NCBI GenBank assembly: GCA_029269845.2
Contig: CP149973.1
Span: 1,290,001-1,322,000 of the forward strand
DNA from: Opitutia bacterium KCR 482
Lineage (GTDB): Bacteria; Verrucomicrobiota; Verrucomicrobiia; Opitutales; Intestinicryptomonadaceae
Length of the DNA stretch: 32,000 nucleotides
Direction: 5' to 3'
Shown one piece after another: positions 16,441-24,928 of this stretch. The position numbers and the translations under genes are program-made. Under the pieces are notes generated by a model, which had not been told where the DNA came from, ran no database searches, and saw only the letters and a program-made list of their open reading frames with translations. Numbering within the stretch: the first letter of the stretch is position 1; every line of letters starts with the position of its first letter.

Positions 16441-17697
16441 TTAGAAGAGAACCTGAACCTGCGCGCGAACCGCGTTTGCCTCGGAGTGCTGCGCAACCGA
16501 TGCCGCGCCCGCCTTTACGCCGTTGAGCTGCGCCCATTCGTAGCCGAGCTGGAATTTGAGGGCGTCGCCGTTGATGTACCAGTTTGCGCCAATGTACACG
16601 CTTTGCGCGGCGTCGAACGCGGAGTTTGCGTTGGCGTTGCGCACGCCGTCGGACATCTTCACGCCGCGGCCGTCGGTGTCGAGCCATGCGTAGCGGACGA
16701 CGGGGGCGATTTTTCCGAAGTCGCCGATGTCGAACCTGTATTCCGCGGCGACGTTCGCGCCCATGGGCGTCGCGTTTTCGGAGTACGAATTTCTGCCGTC
16801 CTCGACCTGCGCGAGCATGAAGTCGGCGTAGAAATTAAGGCCGAGATACTGCGCGGTGATGTAGGGATTGACGCCGATTACCTCGCGGTGCTGCCCGTTG
16901 TTGTTTACGTTCATGCCGTTCGTGTAGGCGAAGTTCGCGCCCGCCTTCAAGGACACTTCGTCGATTTTCGCGCCGTAGGCTACGATCGCGCCGTACATGA
17001 GGTTGTTGTCCGCGCCGCCCGCCATTTTAGTCGGGCTGTTGTTATAGGAGTTCGTGACGGAAAGACCGTATTCAAGCCCCTTTACCTGCGGAATTTTTCC
17101 CGCCCAGAAAACGCCCGTGTGGCGTCCGCCGAAGCCGAGCCTTCTGCCGTTCGCGTTTTCGGTGAAGTAGCGCGTGGCGGGCGAACGCTCTATCGTAAGC
17201 AGTTTCGACGAAGAGGTGTTTTCCTCCAAGCCGAAGTTGATTTTCCGGTATCCGAAGCCGAGCTTGCCTTGGAGCGAATCCCAATCGACCTTTTTGGTTA
17301 TTACAGCCTTGTCGATGTAGCCGTCGCCGTCGCGTGCGAAGTCGGCAACGAGTTCCGCCGACCAGCCCGAACCCAGGTCCGCCGCCGCGCCGAGGAACAT
17401 TCGCCTCATGATGAAATCGTTTTTGGCGGCAAGCGAGCTTTCGACACCGCCGGCGGTTTCGTCCACGTTTATGTTTTCGTACTGCATTTGCAGCCTGCCG
17501 ATTAGCTTAATCGACTTTGTGGTCTTTTCCTTCGGCGCGACCGCAACCGATTTCTTCGAAACGGAAGCCGCCTCCTCTTTTGTAATAATCCCTTTGCTCA
17601 CGAGCAAATCGAGAGTTTGTTTGTCCTGCGCATTCAGAACCGAAGCCGCCGCCATGAGCAGCGTTCCGATTACCGTAGATGTGATTTTGTAGTTCAT
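16441..17697 (-). CDS. phosphate-selective porin O/P family outer-membrane protein
   Basis: This is ORF 16441..17748, trimmed to the ATG at 17697 (MNYKITSTVIGTLLMAAASVLNAQ|D). It has an N-terminal periplasmic helix, alternating beta-strand patterns and a C-terminal ...VQVLF with terminal Phe. It is the first gene of the pst operon, as for OprO/OprP. Confidence 0.8.
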   Translation of the reverse strand: MNYKITSTVIGTLLMAAASVLNAQDKQTLDLLVSKGIITKEEAASVSKKSVAVAPKEKTTKSIKLIGRLQMQYENINVDETAGGVESSLAAKNDFIMRRMFLGAAADLGSGWSAELVADFARDGDGYIDKAVITKKVDWDSLQGKLGFGYRKINFGLEENTSSSKLLTIERSPATRYFTENANGRRLGFGGRHTGVFWAGKIPQVKGLEYGLSVTNSYNNSPTKMAGGADNNLMYGAIVAYGAKIDEVSLKAGANFAYTNGMNVNNNGQHREVIGVNPYITAQYLGLNFYADFMLAQVEDGRNSYSENATPMGANVAAEYRFDIGDFGKIAPVVRYAWLDTDGRGVKMSDGVRNANANSAFDAAQSVYIGANWYINGDALKFQLGYEWAQLNGVKAGAASVAQHSEANAVRAQVQVLF

Positions 17698-17827
17698 TTT
17701 GTTTTTTTGCGTTTCGCCGAATGTCTTTTCCGACCTTCGACGCCGCATATCTTCGCATTTCCGTGTTTGCGCTTTATTGGGACTTCGCGGGGATTCCGTT
17801 TTTTACGCGTTAAAATATCGCACACAA

Positions 17828-17867
17828 AAATTAGCCCTTTATGCGCCCGATGTTAGAAGTTTGTTAG
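17828..17867 (-). promoter_or_regulatory. candidate Pho box (CTAACA-N5-CTAACA) with a -10-like TAATTT 17 nt downstream
   Basis: The minus strand reads gCTAACAaacttCTAACAtcgggcgcataaagggcTAATTTttg. The two identical hexamers (17862..17867 and 17851..17856) have 11-bp periodicity, as in PhoB/PhoP direct-repeat boxes. TAATTT is at 17828..17833. The site lies in the divergent porin-pst / phoR spacer. Confidence 0.4.
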
Positions 17868-17929
17868 CGCGAAAAACATCGTTGACGCCGCCCCGACATA
17901 CGCTAAAAGACGGGTAGACAATTCCGAAT

Positions 17930-19693
17930 ATGGCATACATAAAAAAGTCGAGGGGCGTTTTCGCCCGAATCTTCGCGTCGGCGACGCTTGTCGGCGCAAT
18001 AATAATCGCGGCGTTCGCATTCGCCGCGCACGGCATAGCCGAACGCACCTACCGCGAAAGCGTCGAAAGGCTGCTGTCCGACTCCGCCGATTTCGTCGCG
18101 GACGCGGTAGACGAAAAACTGCCCGCCGAAACGCTGTCGAAAATCTGCGCCGTCCACGACAAAAACACGGGGATACGCACGACGCTCATAAACGCAAAGG
18201 GCGAGGTTGTTGTTGACTCCCGCGCCGACAGCGAAACGATGCTAAACCACCTCAACCGCGCCGAAATTAAAAAGGCTCTCGACGGCAAAAAAACCTTCAC
18301 CGTGCGCTACTCCGACACCCTGCGGACAAAAATGGTCTACGCCGCAGTCCCCGCGGGCGCGGAAGGCCCCGACGGCTACGAATACTGCGTGCGGCAGTCG
18401 ATGCCCATGCAGAAGCTGCTTGCGGCAAAGAAGCTCATTTCCGCCGAAATAATCGGGCTTTCGCTCGCGGCAATCGTGATGGCTGCGGCGTTTTCGTTCG
18501 CGCTGGCAAAGCGCATTTCAGCGCCCCTCAAACGCCTGACGTTCGCCGCCGACGAATGCGCGCGCGGCAACTTCGACGCCCCCGTGCCGTCGAGCGACAT
18601 TTCCGAAATCGAACGCCTCGGCAAGTCGGTTCTCGCGATGTCGCAAAACCTCAAAAAGCGCATAAACTCGCTCTACAAGCGCAACTGCGAGCTTGACGAA
18701 ATGTTCGGATATATGACCGACTGCGTTTTCATATGCTCGCAAAAGGGAGTTTTAAAGAAATTCAACAACGCATGCGCAAAACTGTTCGGATTGGACAATT
18801 CCGAGGGCAAAATAAGAACGGTAGAGGCGTTCAGAAACAGCGCAATCCTCGACGCAATCGACGAGACTTTCGGCGGCAAGGGGGAAGTTCGCAGGGACGT
18901 CGAGATTTCGAGCGGCAAAACCTACGCGCTCGTCGGCACGCTCCTGCCCTACGAATCGGCGACGCCGCGCGCGCTTTTCGTCATGCGCGACGTCTCCGCG
19001 GCGAAGCGGAACGAAGCCCTCAGGCGCGAGTTCGTGGCGGGCGTCTCCCACGAGCTGAAAACCCCGATTACCGCAATCAAAATGGCGGCGGAAACCCTCG
19101 AATACTCCGACGGAAACGCCGACGACGAAAAGCGGTTCGTGGCGATAATCGAAAAGGAGTCTGACAGAATGGACACGCTCGTAAACGACATGCTTCTGCT
19201 TTCGAAAATCGAATTCGAAAAGAAGTTCGACGCCGAAAATTTCGAGTACTTCCCAATCCGCTCGGCGATTGAAGAGTCGGTCTCGGCGCACGAATCGCAG
19301 GCGCGGGCGCGGAGGGATTCGGTCGAAATCGAATGCCCCGAAAACCTCCAAGTGCGCGGCGACTTCCAGCTTATCCGCCTTGCGGTAAGCAACCTCGTGG
19401 GCAACGCGGTGAAGTATGCCGGCGACGGCGCGAAAATCAAAGTATCCGCCCGCAATGGCGAGCGCGGCGGCGTGAAAATCACGGTGTCCGACAACGGCGC
19501 GGGAATACCGCCCGACGCCCTGCCGCACGTCTTCGAACGCTTCTACCGCGTGGACAAGGGACGCTCGCGCGCGATGGGCGGCACGGGGCTTGGGCTTGCA
19601 CTCGTAAAGCACATAGCGATACTCCACAAAGGCGGCGTTTCGGCGCGGAGTGTTTTGGGAAAAGGCTCGGAATTTTCAATCACAATCGGATAG
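17930..19693 (+). CDS. phoR: phosphate regulon sensor histidine kinase (PhoR-like)
   Basis: A 587-aa ORF. The layout is TM, an extracytoplasmic domain of about 150 aa, TM, HAMP, PAS, HisKA (VAGVSHELKTPITAI) and HATPase_c (N, G1 DNGAGIP, G2 GGTGLGLA). It is adjacent to the response regulator and the pst genes. Confidence 0.85.
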   Translation: MAYIKKSRGVFARIFASATLVGAIIIAAFAFAAHGIAERTYRESVERLLSDSADFVADAVDEKLPAETLSKICAVHDKNTGIRTTLINAKGEVVVDSRADSETMLNHLNRAEIKKALDGKKTFTVRYSDTLRTKMVYAAVPAGAEGPDGYEYCVRQSMPMQKLLAAKKLISAEIIGLSLAAIVMAAAFSFALAKRISAPLKRLTFAADECARGNFDAPVPSSDISEIERLGKSVLAMSQNLKKRINSLYKRNCELDEMFGYMTDCVFICSQKGVLKKFNNACAKLFGLDNSEGKIRTVEAFRNSAILDAIDETFGGKGEVRRDVEISSGKTYALVGTLLPYESATPRALFVMRDVSAAKRNEALRREFVAGVSHELKTPITAIKMAAETLEYSDGNADDEKRFVAIIEKESDRMDTLVNDMLLLSKIEFEKKFDAENFEYFPIRSAIEESVSAHESQARARRDSVEIECPENLQVRGDFQLIRLAVSNLVGNAVKYAGDGAKIKVSARNGERGGVKITVSDNGAGIPPDALPHVFERFYRVDKGRSRAMGGTGLGLALVKHIAILHKGGVSARSVLGKGSEFSITIG

Positions 19694-19701
19694 GATTTGC
19701 C

Positions 19702-20391
19702 ATGTTCGACAAAAAAATATTAATAATCGAGGACGAGGAAAGCATAGGAGAGCTTATCGAATTCAACGTCGAAAAAAGCGGCTACAAGTGCTCGCGCGTC
19801 GATTCCGCCGAAAAGGCGCTCGCGCGGCTCGAAAAGGGCGAACTCTTCGACCTCATTCTGCTCGACCTCATGTTGACGGGCATGGACGGGCTGGACTTCT
19901 GCAAAATCTACCGCGCGGAGAAATCCTACCCGCAGGTGCCGATTATCATGCTTACCGCAAGAAGCGAGGAGGCGGACATCGTAAGCGGGCTTGAATTCGG
20001 CGCGAACGACTACATCACAAAGCCGTTCAGCCCGCGCGTCCTGCTGGCGCGAATCAAGGCGCAGCTGCGCGACGACAAGTCGGGCGCGGAGGAGGCTGCT
20101 GCGACGGTCTCGCGCAACGGAATAGAGCTGAACCCAGAATTCCACGAGGTGAAAATCGGCGGCAAGCCCGTCGAGCTTACCGCGAACGAATTTTCGATTC
20201 TCGAAACATTCCTGAAAAACACGGGCAGGGTCTTCACGCGCGACGCCATCATAAAAAGCCTCCACGGAGACGGATACCCCGTCACCGACAGAGCGGTGGA
20301 CGTCGCGATTGTAAACCTCAGAAAAAAGCTCGGAAGCCGCGCAAAGCTGATAGAAACCGTGCGCGGCGTGGGCTACAAAATGTCGAGGTAG
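19702..20391 (+). CDS. phoB: OmpR-family response regulator (PhoB-like)
   Basis: This is ORF 19333..20391, trimmed to the ATG at 19702 (MFDKKILIIEDEESIGELI...). It has a receiver domain (DLILLDLMLTGMDG, the phospho-acceptor Asp context) and a winged-helix domain (...LTANEFSILETFL...VDVAIVNLRKKL...IETVRGVGYKM). Confidence 0.9.
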   Translation: MFDKKILIIEDEESIGELIEFNVEKSGYKCSRVDSAEKALARLEKGELFDLILLDLMLTGMDGLDFCKIYRAEKSYPQVPIIMLTARSEEADIVSGLEFGANDYITKPFSPRVLLARIKAQLRDDKSGAEEAAATVSRNGIELNPEFHEVKIGGKPVELTANEFSILETFLKNTGRVFTRDAIIKSLHGDGYPVTDRAVDVAIVNLRKKLGSRAKLIETVRGVGYKMSR

Positions 20392-20414
20392 AACCCGCGC
20401 GAAAATTAGGGCGC

Positions 20415-20456
20415 AAAAAAATTCCGCGAATCGGACATTCGCGGAATTTTTGTTTT
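20415..20456. terminator. bidirectional rho-independent terminator (phoB / ThuA-like gene)
   Basis: AAATTCCGCGAAT (20419..20431), loop cggac, ATTCGCGGAATTT (20437..20449). The 13-bp perfect stem is flanked by an A-run and a T-run. Confidence 0.75.
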
Positions 20457-20468
20457 CGGAATTTCGGA

Positions 20469-23270
20469 TTAGTCTATTTTCAGCTCGTGAATAGACCAGT
20501 AGAACGGCTTTGCCTTTTCCGCGACAAACTTCACATAACGCGCCTTGAAACCCGTAGGGAACTTGACGACTACGGCGTTTTTGGAGCGCGAAATTCCGAC
20601 GGCGGCTTTCGAAAGCGCGGCGTCGGACGCGCCCGCAAAAACCGAAAATTCGTCGGGGAAGTCGCGCGCGGAAGCGCCGAGGTTGAAGGACACCGCCGAG
20701 ACGCGTTTCGGGAAGCCGAAATCGAAGGCAATCCAGTCGCCCGCGCTTATTGTAGAGCCTGTGGTGAAGCGGGTTTTGGGGTCGCCGTCGAGCGCGTATT
20801 TGAAGTTCTGCGCGCCCCTGCACGCAAGGTATTTCGTCTTGGCGTTCTTCACGGCGGCGCGGATTTTTGCAGCCTCCGCCGGCATTCCCGCCCTTTCGAG
20901 CGGTTCGGCGGTGTCGGGCGACGGGAACTTTACGGCGGACTCGGCAAGCGACGCCTTTTCGGCGTCGGAAAGCGGCTGCGAAAGCATGTACGCGATTGTC
21001 GCGTCGTCGAGGCCGCAACGCGCGGCAAGCGTCAAAATCGCGGCTCTCGCCTCAGATTTCGCGCCGTCGGTCTTCGCCGTTTTCGCGATTGCCACAAGCG
21101 GCGCCAACGCCGACTGGTTCTTCCACTGTCCGAAAGTTTTTACAGTCTCGGAGCGGAATCCGTCGGTAAACGCGCGTTTCATGAAATCAACCGCGGCTTC
21201 GGAGGAGTCGAACGCCGCGAACCTCACGAGGTTGCGCTTCACGGCGGGCTTGCACTCGCCGTACGCCGCCACCGTTTCGGAGAGCATTTGCGGAGTGAAA
21301 TCCGCCGAAGAACACTTCAAAAGCACCTTGACCGCAGCGCGGCCTAGCTTTGCGTCGAGCGTCGGCAGAAGCTTTGCGACGGTCGAGAAGACTTCGGGGG
21401 TTGCGATTGTCTCCGCCGTTTTGAGCGCGGAAAGTTTCGTCTCCGCCGCCGCGGCGTCGAAGCCCGCGAACAGCTTGGGGACGAATTGCGAAAGGTCGAA
21501 CTTTGCGAGCGCGCCGACGAGGAACGCCGACCGCGCTGGCGTGTCGGCTTTCGCGGCAAGCAGCATCAGGGCGTCGGCTACGTCGGCGTTTTTCGCCGAA
21601 ACCGCGTAGCCAATCATTGCGGGGCGCATCTGCGCGGAGACATATTCCGACGCCGCCAAGACCTTTTCGGTGTCGGAGGTTTTGCCCTCGCGCGAGAACA
21701 CCGCCGCAAACGCGACGGCGAACGCCTCCGACTTCGGTTCGAACGCAAGAGCCTCCGCCGCCCTTTCGCCGCGTTCGAGTAGCGCGTACGCGAGCATCGC
21801 CCTTCCCGTTTCGTCGAGATTTCCGAAGTTCAGATACTGCGGAATTTTCGCGTCGGGATTTTTCGAAAGGAACTTGAAGAGTCTGCAACGCTCCGCCGCG
21901 CTTTCGGGAAGCGACGCGGGAACGGCGAATTTCGCCTCAGAATTTTTCGCAACCCTTTCGCCGCGGCGGCAGTCGAGCGCGGCGGAAAGTTTGTTGCGAA
22001 CCTGTTCGGGCGTGCCGCCGTCGGAGGCGAGCTTTTCGAGAACGCGCAGGTTTTTGTCGGACGAGATTCCCGACGCGTCGAGCAGCTCGCCGAGGAATGC
22101 CCTGTATTCCGAGCTTCCCTTCGCGGCGGAAAGCTCGGAGACCGCGAAGTTTTCGATTTCGGCGCAGTATTTTTTGTCGAAGTTGTTTGCATAGACGCCG
22201 AACAGAATTCCGTTGATTTCCTCGTCGCGCGGCTGTCCGAATTTGAGGTCGGCAAGCTTTGCGATTTGCGCGGGCGCGGGTTTTTCCGACATCGGCGCGA
22301 GCACCGACTTCCCCGTAAACGGAAGCGGCGAAGTGTCCGCCTTCAAGTCTCCGCATGCGAACTGCGCAAGGCGCAGGAAAAACTCCTGAACTTTCGGATT
22401 GTAGTAGTTGTTGTCGGCGTGCCCGATTGTCGTGTAGGCAATGCGCCCCCTGCCGAAAGTCTTGACGTATGCGGCGGCGAAGTCGTTGTCGGAGCGGAAC
22501 GCGAAACGCGCCTCGCGGGCGGCGGTCGTAAGCGGACTGCGCGACTTGTCGAGCCGCAAAATCACGCGGCACTTCGAGCGGTCGTAGGACTTGCCGAGCA
22601 TGTAGATTTCCTCGCGGAGCTTGAACGCCTCGCCGTCCCAGATTCCCCTGACGAGCGGCGACTGCGCGTCGTCCATGACCAAAGTCACGGGCGCGTTGGA
22701 GAAATACCACGGGTGCGCGACGAACTCTCCGCCGAGCATGTCGGTGTACGCGCGGTTGCGGAACGCGTTGTAGTTGTAGCTGTCCACCGCCGCGTGGATT
22801 GCGAATATGCCGCCGCCGTTGCGGACGTACTCGATTACGTTTTTGCAGATTTCGTCGGAGCGTTTCTGAACTGCGGCGCGTTCGGCGGGCGGCAGTTTCG
22901 ACATTTTCTGCTGCGGCTCGCCGAAGCACATGCCCGTTGTGTTGTTGAGCACAAGGCAGTCGTACTGCGCGAGGCTTTCGGGCGACAGGTCGGACAAATC
23001 CTCCGAAATTTTCGCGCTCCAAACGCCGAGCTTTTCGCCCATGTTCGAGAGCGCGAGCTTCGCCGCTGGAATGCCCTGTTTGTGGCGGTATCCGCATGTG
23101 CGCGAGAACACGAGAATCTTGCGCGGTTTCCGCGGGGCTGCCGCGGCGCGTTTCGGGCACGCGGCTTCGATGTTTTCGAGGTTCTTCCCCTTTATTTCCA
23201 TGTCCTGCGCGAACGAGAGAATCTGCGCCGACACCGCGAAAGCCGAAAAAATTGCGATAAGTTTTTTCAT
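20469..23270 (-). CDS. secreted multidomain protein: ThuA-like domain, HEAT/ARM-like helical repeats, C-terminal F5/8 type C (discoidin) domain
   Basis: This is ORF 20469..23360, trimmed to the ATG at 23270 (MKKLIAIFSAFAVSAQILSFAQ|D). The ThuA signature is present: ILVFSRTCGYRHKQGIPAAK...YDCLVLNNTTG...VRNGGGIFAIHAAVDSY...LGGEFVAHPW. A long Ala/Leu-rich helical-repeat middle region follows. The C-terminus ...ALDGDPKTRFTTGSTISAGDWIAFDFG...RYVKF...WSIHELKI is typical of discoidin domains. Confidence 0.8.
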   Translation of the reverse strand: MKKLIAIFSAFAVSAQILSFAQDMEIKGKNLENIEAACPKRAAAAPRKPRKILVFSRTCGYRHKQGIPAAKLALSNMGEKLGVWSAKISEDLSDLSPESLAQYDCLVLNNTTGMCFGEPQQKMSKLPPAERAAVQKRSDEICKNVIEYVRNGGGIFAIHAAVDSYNYNAFRNRAYTDMLGGEFVAHPWYFSNAPVTLVMDDAQSPLVRGIWDGEAFKLREEIYMLGKSYDRSKCRVILRLDKSRSPLTTAAREARFAFRSDNDFAAAYVKTFGRGRIAYTTIGHADNNYYNPKVQEFFLRLAQFACGDLKADTSPLPFTGKSVLAPMSEKPAPAQIAKLADLKFGQPRDEEINGILFGVYANNFDKKYCAEIENFAVSELSAAKGSSEYRAFLGELLDASGISSDKNLRVLEKLASDGGTPEQVRNKLSAALDCRRGERVAKNSEAKFAVPASLPESAAERCRLFKFLSKNPDAKIPQYLNFGNLDETGRAMLAYALLERGERAAEALAFEPKSEAFAVAFAAVFSREGKTSDTEKVLAASEYVSAQMRPAMIGYAVSAKNADVADALMLLAAKADTPARSAFLVGALAKFDLSQFVPKLFAGFDAAAAETKLSALKTAETIATPEVFSTVAKLLPTLDAKLGRAAVKVLLKCSSADFTPQMLSETVAAYGECKPAVKRNLVRFAAFDSSEAAVDFMKRAFTDGFRSETVKTFGQWKNQSALAPLVAIAKTAKTDGAKSEARAAILTLAARCGLDDATIAYMLSQPLSDAEKASLAESAVKFPSPDTAEPLERAGMPAEAAKIRAAVKNAKTKYLACRGAQNFKYALDGDPKTRFTTGSTISAGDWIAFDFGFPKRVSAVSFNLGASARDFPDEFSVFAGASDAALSKAAVGISRSKNAVVVKFPTGFKARYVKFVAEKAKPFYWSIHELKID

Positions 23271-23289
23271 CTTGCAATGTTCCTCCCTG

Positions 23290-24627
23290 TTAGGCGATAT
23301 TAGCCCATTCGCCGCGGTTTTTGCGCGACAGATATTTGTTCGCATCGGAATCGCCCACAAAGCGGCGGGTCTTCCAGTCCCATTCGAGCCTGCGTCCGAG
23401 CTTGTAGGCGATGTTGCCTATGATGCACATGTTGCAGCTCGACACCCCGATTTCCGCAGGGCAAATCGGCGGGCGGCCCGTGCGGATTGCGTTGAAGAAA
23501 TTGTCCTTGTGCCCCTCGCAGACGTAGGGGAAATCCTTTTTGGGCGCGATTTTCCCCGAACGCAGAGACGGCTTGTCCGCCCAGAAAATTCCGCCGCGCG
23601 ACGCCGTCGCCACGCCCTCCGTCCCGACGAAAGTCACCATCGCCGAGCCGTGCGGATAGCCTCTTTCGGCGAGAATCTTCGGCTGCCCGTAGTAGACCAT
23701 GACGCCGTTTGCGTACTCGTAGCAGATGTTGCGGGTGTCGCTTTTAATGCTTCTGTTTTGGTCTTCGAAAACGTGGACGTACTTCGGGCCTTTGCCGTCC
23801 ATGCCAAGCCCCCACTGGGCGATGTCGAAGTGGTGCGCGCCCCAGTCGGCCTGCATGCCGTTGCCGTAGTCGTAGTGCCAACGCCACGCGCCCCACTGGT
23901 GCGAATAGCGGTTGGGCGGAGGGGCGAGGAACGGAAGCAGGTTGCTCGAAAACGGACGCATGGGCGCGGGGCCAATCCACATGTCCCAATCGACGCCCTT
24001 CGGGGTTTCCTCCGCCGCCCAATTATAGATTACGGGAAACTTTCTGCCGATGTTGCACCAAACCTGCTTGATTTCGCCGAGCATGCCGCTGCGGGCAAGC
24101 CTTACCGCCTCGCGGAAGCTCGCCTCGCTACGCTGTTGCGAGCCTGTCTGGAAGACGACGCCGTTTGCGTTCACCGCGTCTATAATCTGCCGCCCCTCGT
24201 CCACGGTGAACGTGAGCGGCTTTTCGCAGTAGATGTGCTTGCCCGCGCGGGCGGCGAGCACCGAAATAATCGCATGCCAGTGGTCGGGGGTTACGATGAA
24301 CACAGCGTCAACCGACTTGTCGGCGAGCAGGTTTCTGAAATCCTTGTGGGTTTTGACCGCCACAGACTCTCCGCGCTTTTTGTAGAAAGACTCTATTCTG
24401 TTTTTGTTGAACGACAGCCGCTCGTCGTCAACGTCGCAAATCGAAGTAATGCGTACGGACTTGTCGTAGAGCAGCCCCGATATGTGCCCGCTCATCATTT
24501 TGCCGAGACCGATAAGCCCCAGATTGATTTTGTCGTTGGGCGAGCCGTTCGCAAAAAGTCCGTTCGAGACAAAGAACGGAGCGGCGGCGGCAAAACCCGC
24601 GTTTTTCAGAAATGTGCGTCTTTCCAT
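23290..24627 (-). CDS. TAT-exported Gfo/Idh/MocA family oxidoreductase
   Basis: A 445-aa ORF with the twin-arginine signal MERRTFLKNAGFAAAAP. It has a Rossmann N-terminus (INLGLIGLGKMMSGH..) and a conserved CEKP motif (IYCEKPLT). It lies 19 nt upstream of the ThuA-like gene. Confidence 0.9.
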   Translation of the reverse strand: MERRTFLKNAGFAAAAPFFVSNGLFANGSPNDKINLGLIGLGKMMSGHISGLLYDKSVRITSICDVDDERLSFNKNRIESFYKKRGESVAVKTHKDFRNLLADKSVDAVFIVTPDHWHAIISVLAARAGKHIYCEKPLTFTVDEGRQIIDAVNANGVVFQTGSQQRSEASFREAVRLARSGMLGEIKQVWCNIGRKFPVIYNWAAEETPKGVDWDMWIGPAPMRPFSSNLLPFLAPPPNRYSHQWGAWRWHYDYGNGMQADWGAHHFDIAQWGLGMDGKGPKYVHVFEDQNRSIKSDTRNICYEYANGVMVYYGQPKILAERGYPHGSAMVTFVGTEGVATASRGGIFWADKPSLRSGKIAPKKDFPYVCEGHKDNFFNAIRTGRPPICPAEIGVSSCNMCIIGNIAYKLGRRLEWDWKTRRFVGDSDANKYLSRKNRGEWANIA

Positions 24628-24825
24628 AATTAATGTGTGTGCGTTTACAAATTCAAAACTATTCGGGACGCCCGAATTCGGGCAAGCAAATATTTACAAA
24701 AGCCGATTAGGCAAACCTCATTCGATTGAGCGCCTCCCACAAAAATCCGCATATCCATTATTTGCAACAAGTAAACCCCGCGAAGGCGGCGGACAATCTT
24801 TTAAGTCGAATTGTGTTGACGTATG

Positions 24826-24855
24826 CGGGTTTCGAAAGCTATATTGGAGGGCAAT
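24826..24855 (+). promoter_or_regulatory. sigma70-like promoter candidate for PFOR (TTGACG-N18-TATATT)
   Basis: The -35 TTGACG is at 24826..24831 and the -10 TATATT at 24850..24855, about 75 nt upstream of the PFOR ATG. This is a motif match only. Confidence 0.35.
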
Positions 24856-24928
24856 TTTTTAGAGTCGGTGGGCGTATTTTGCGCAAACCGGCGTTTATTG
24901 TAGCTCTATTTTAATACATCATACAATC

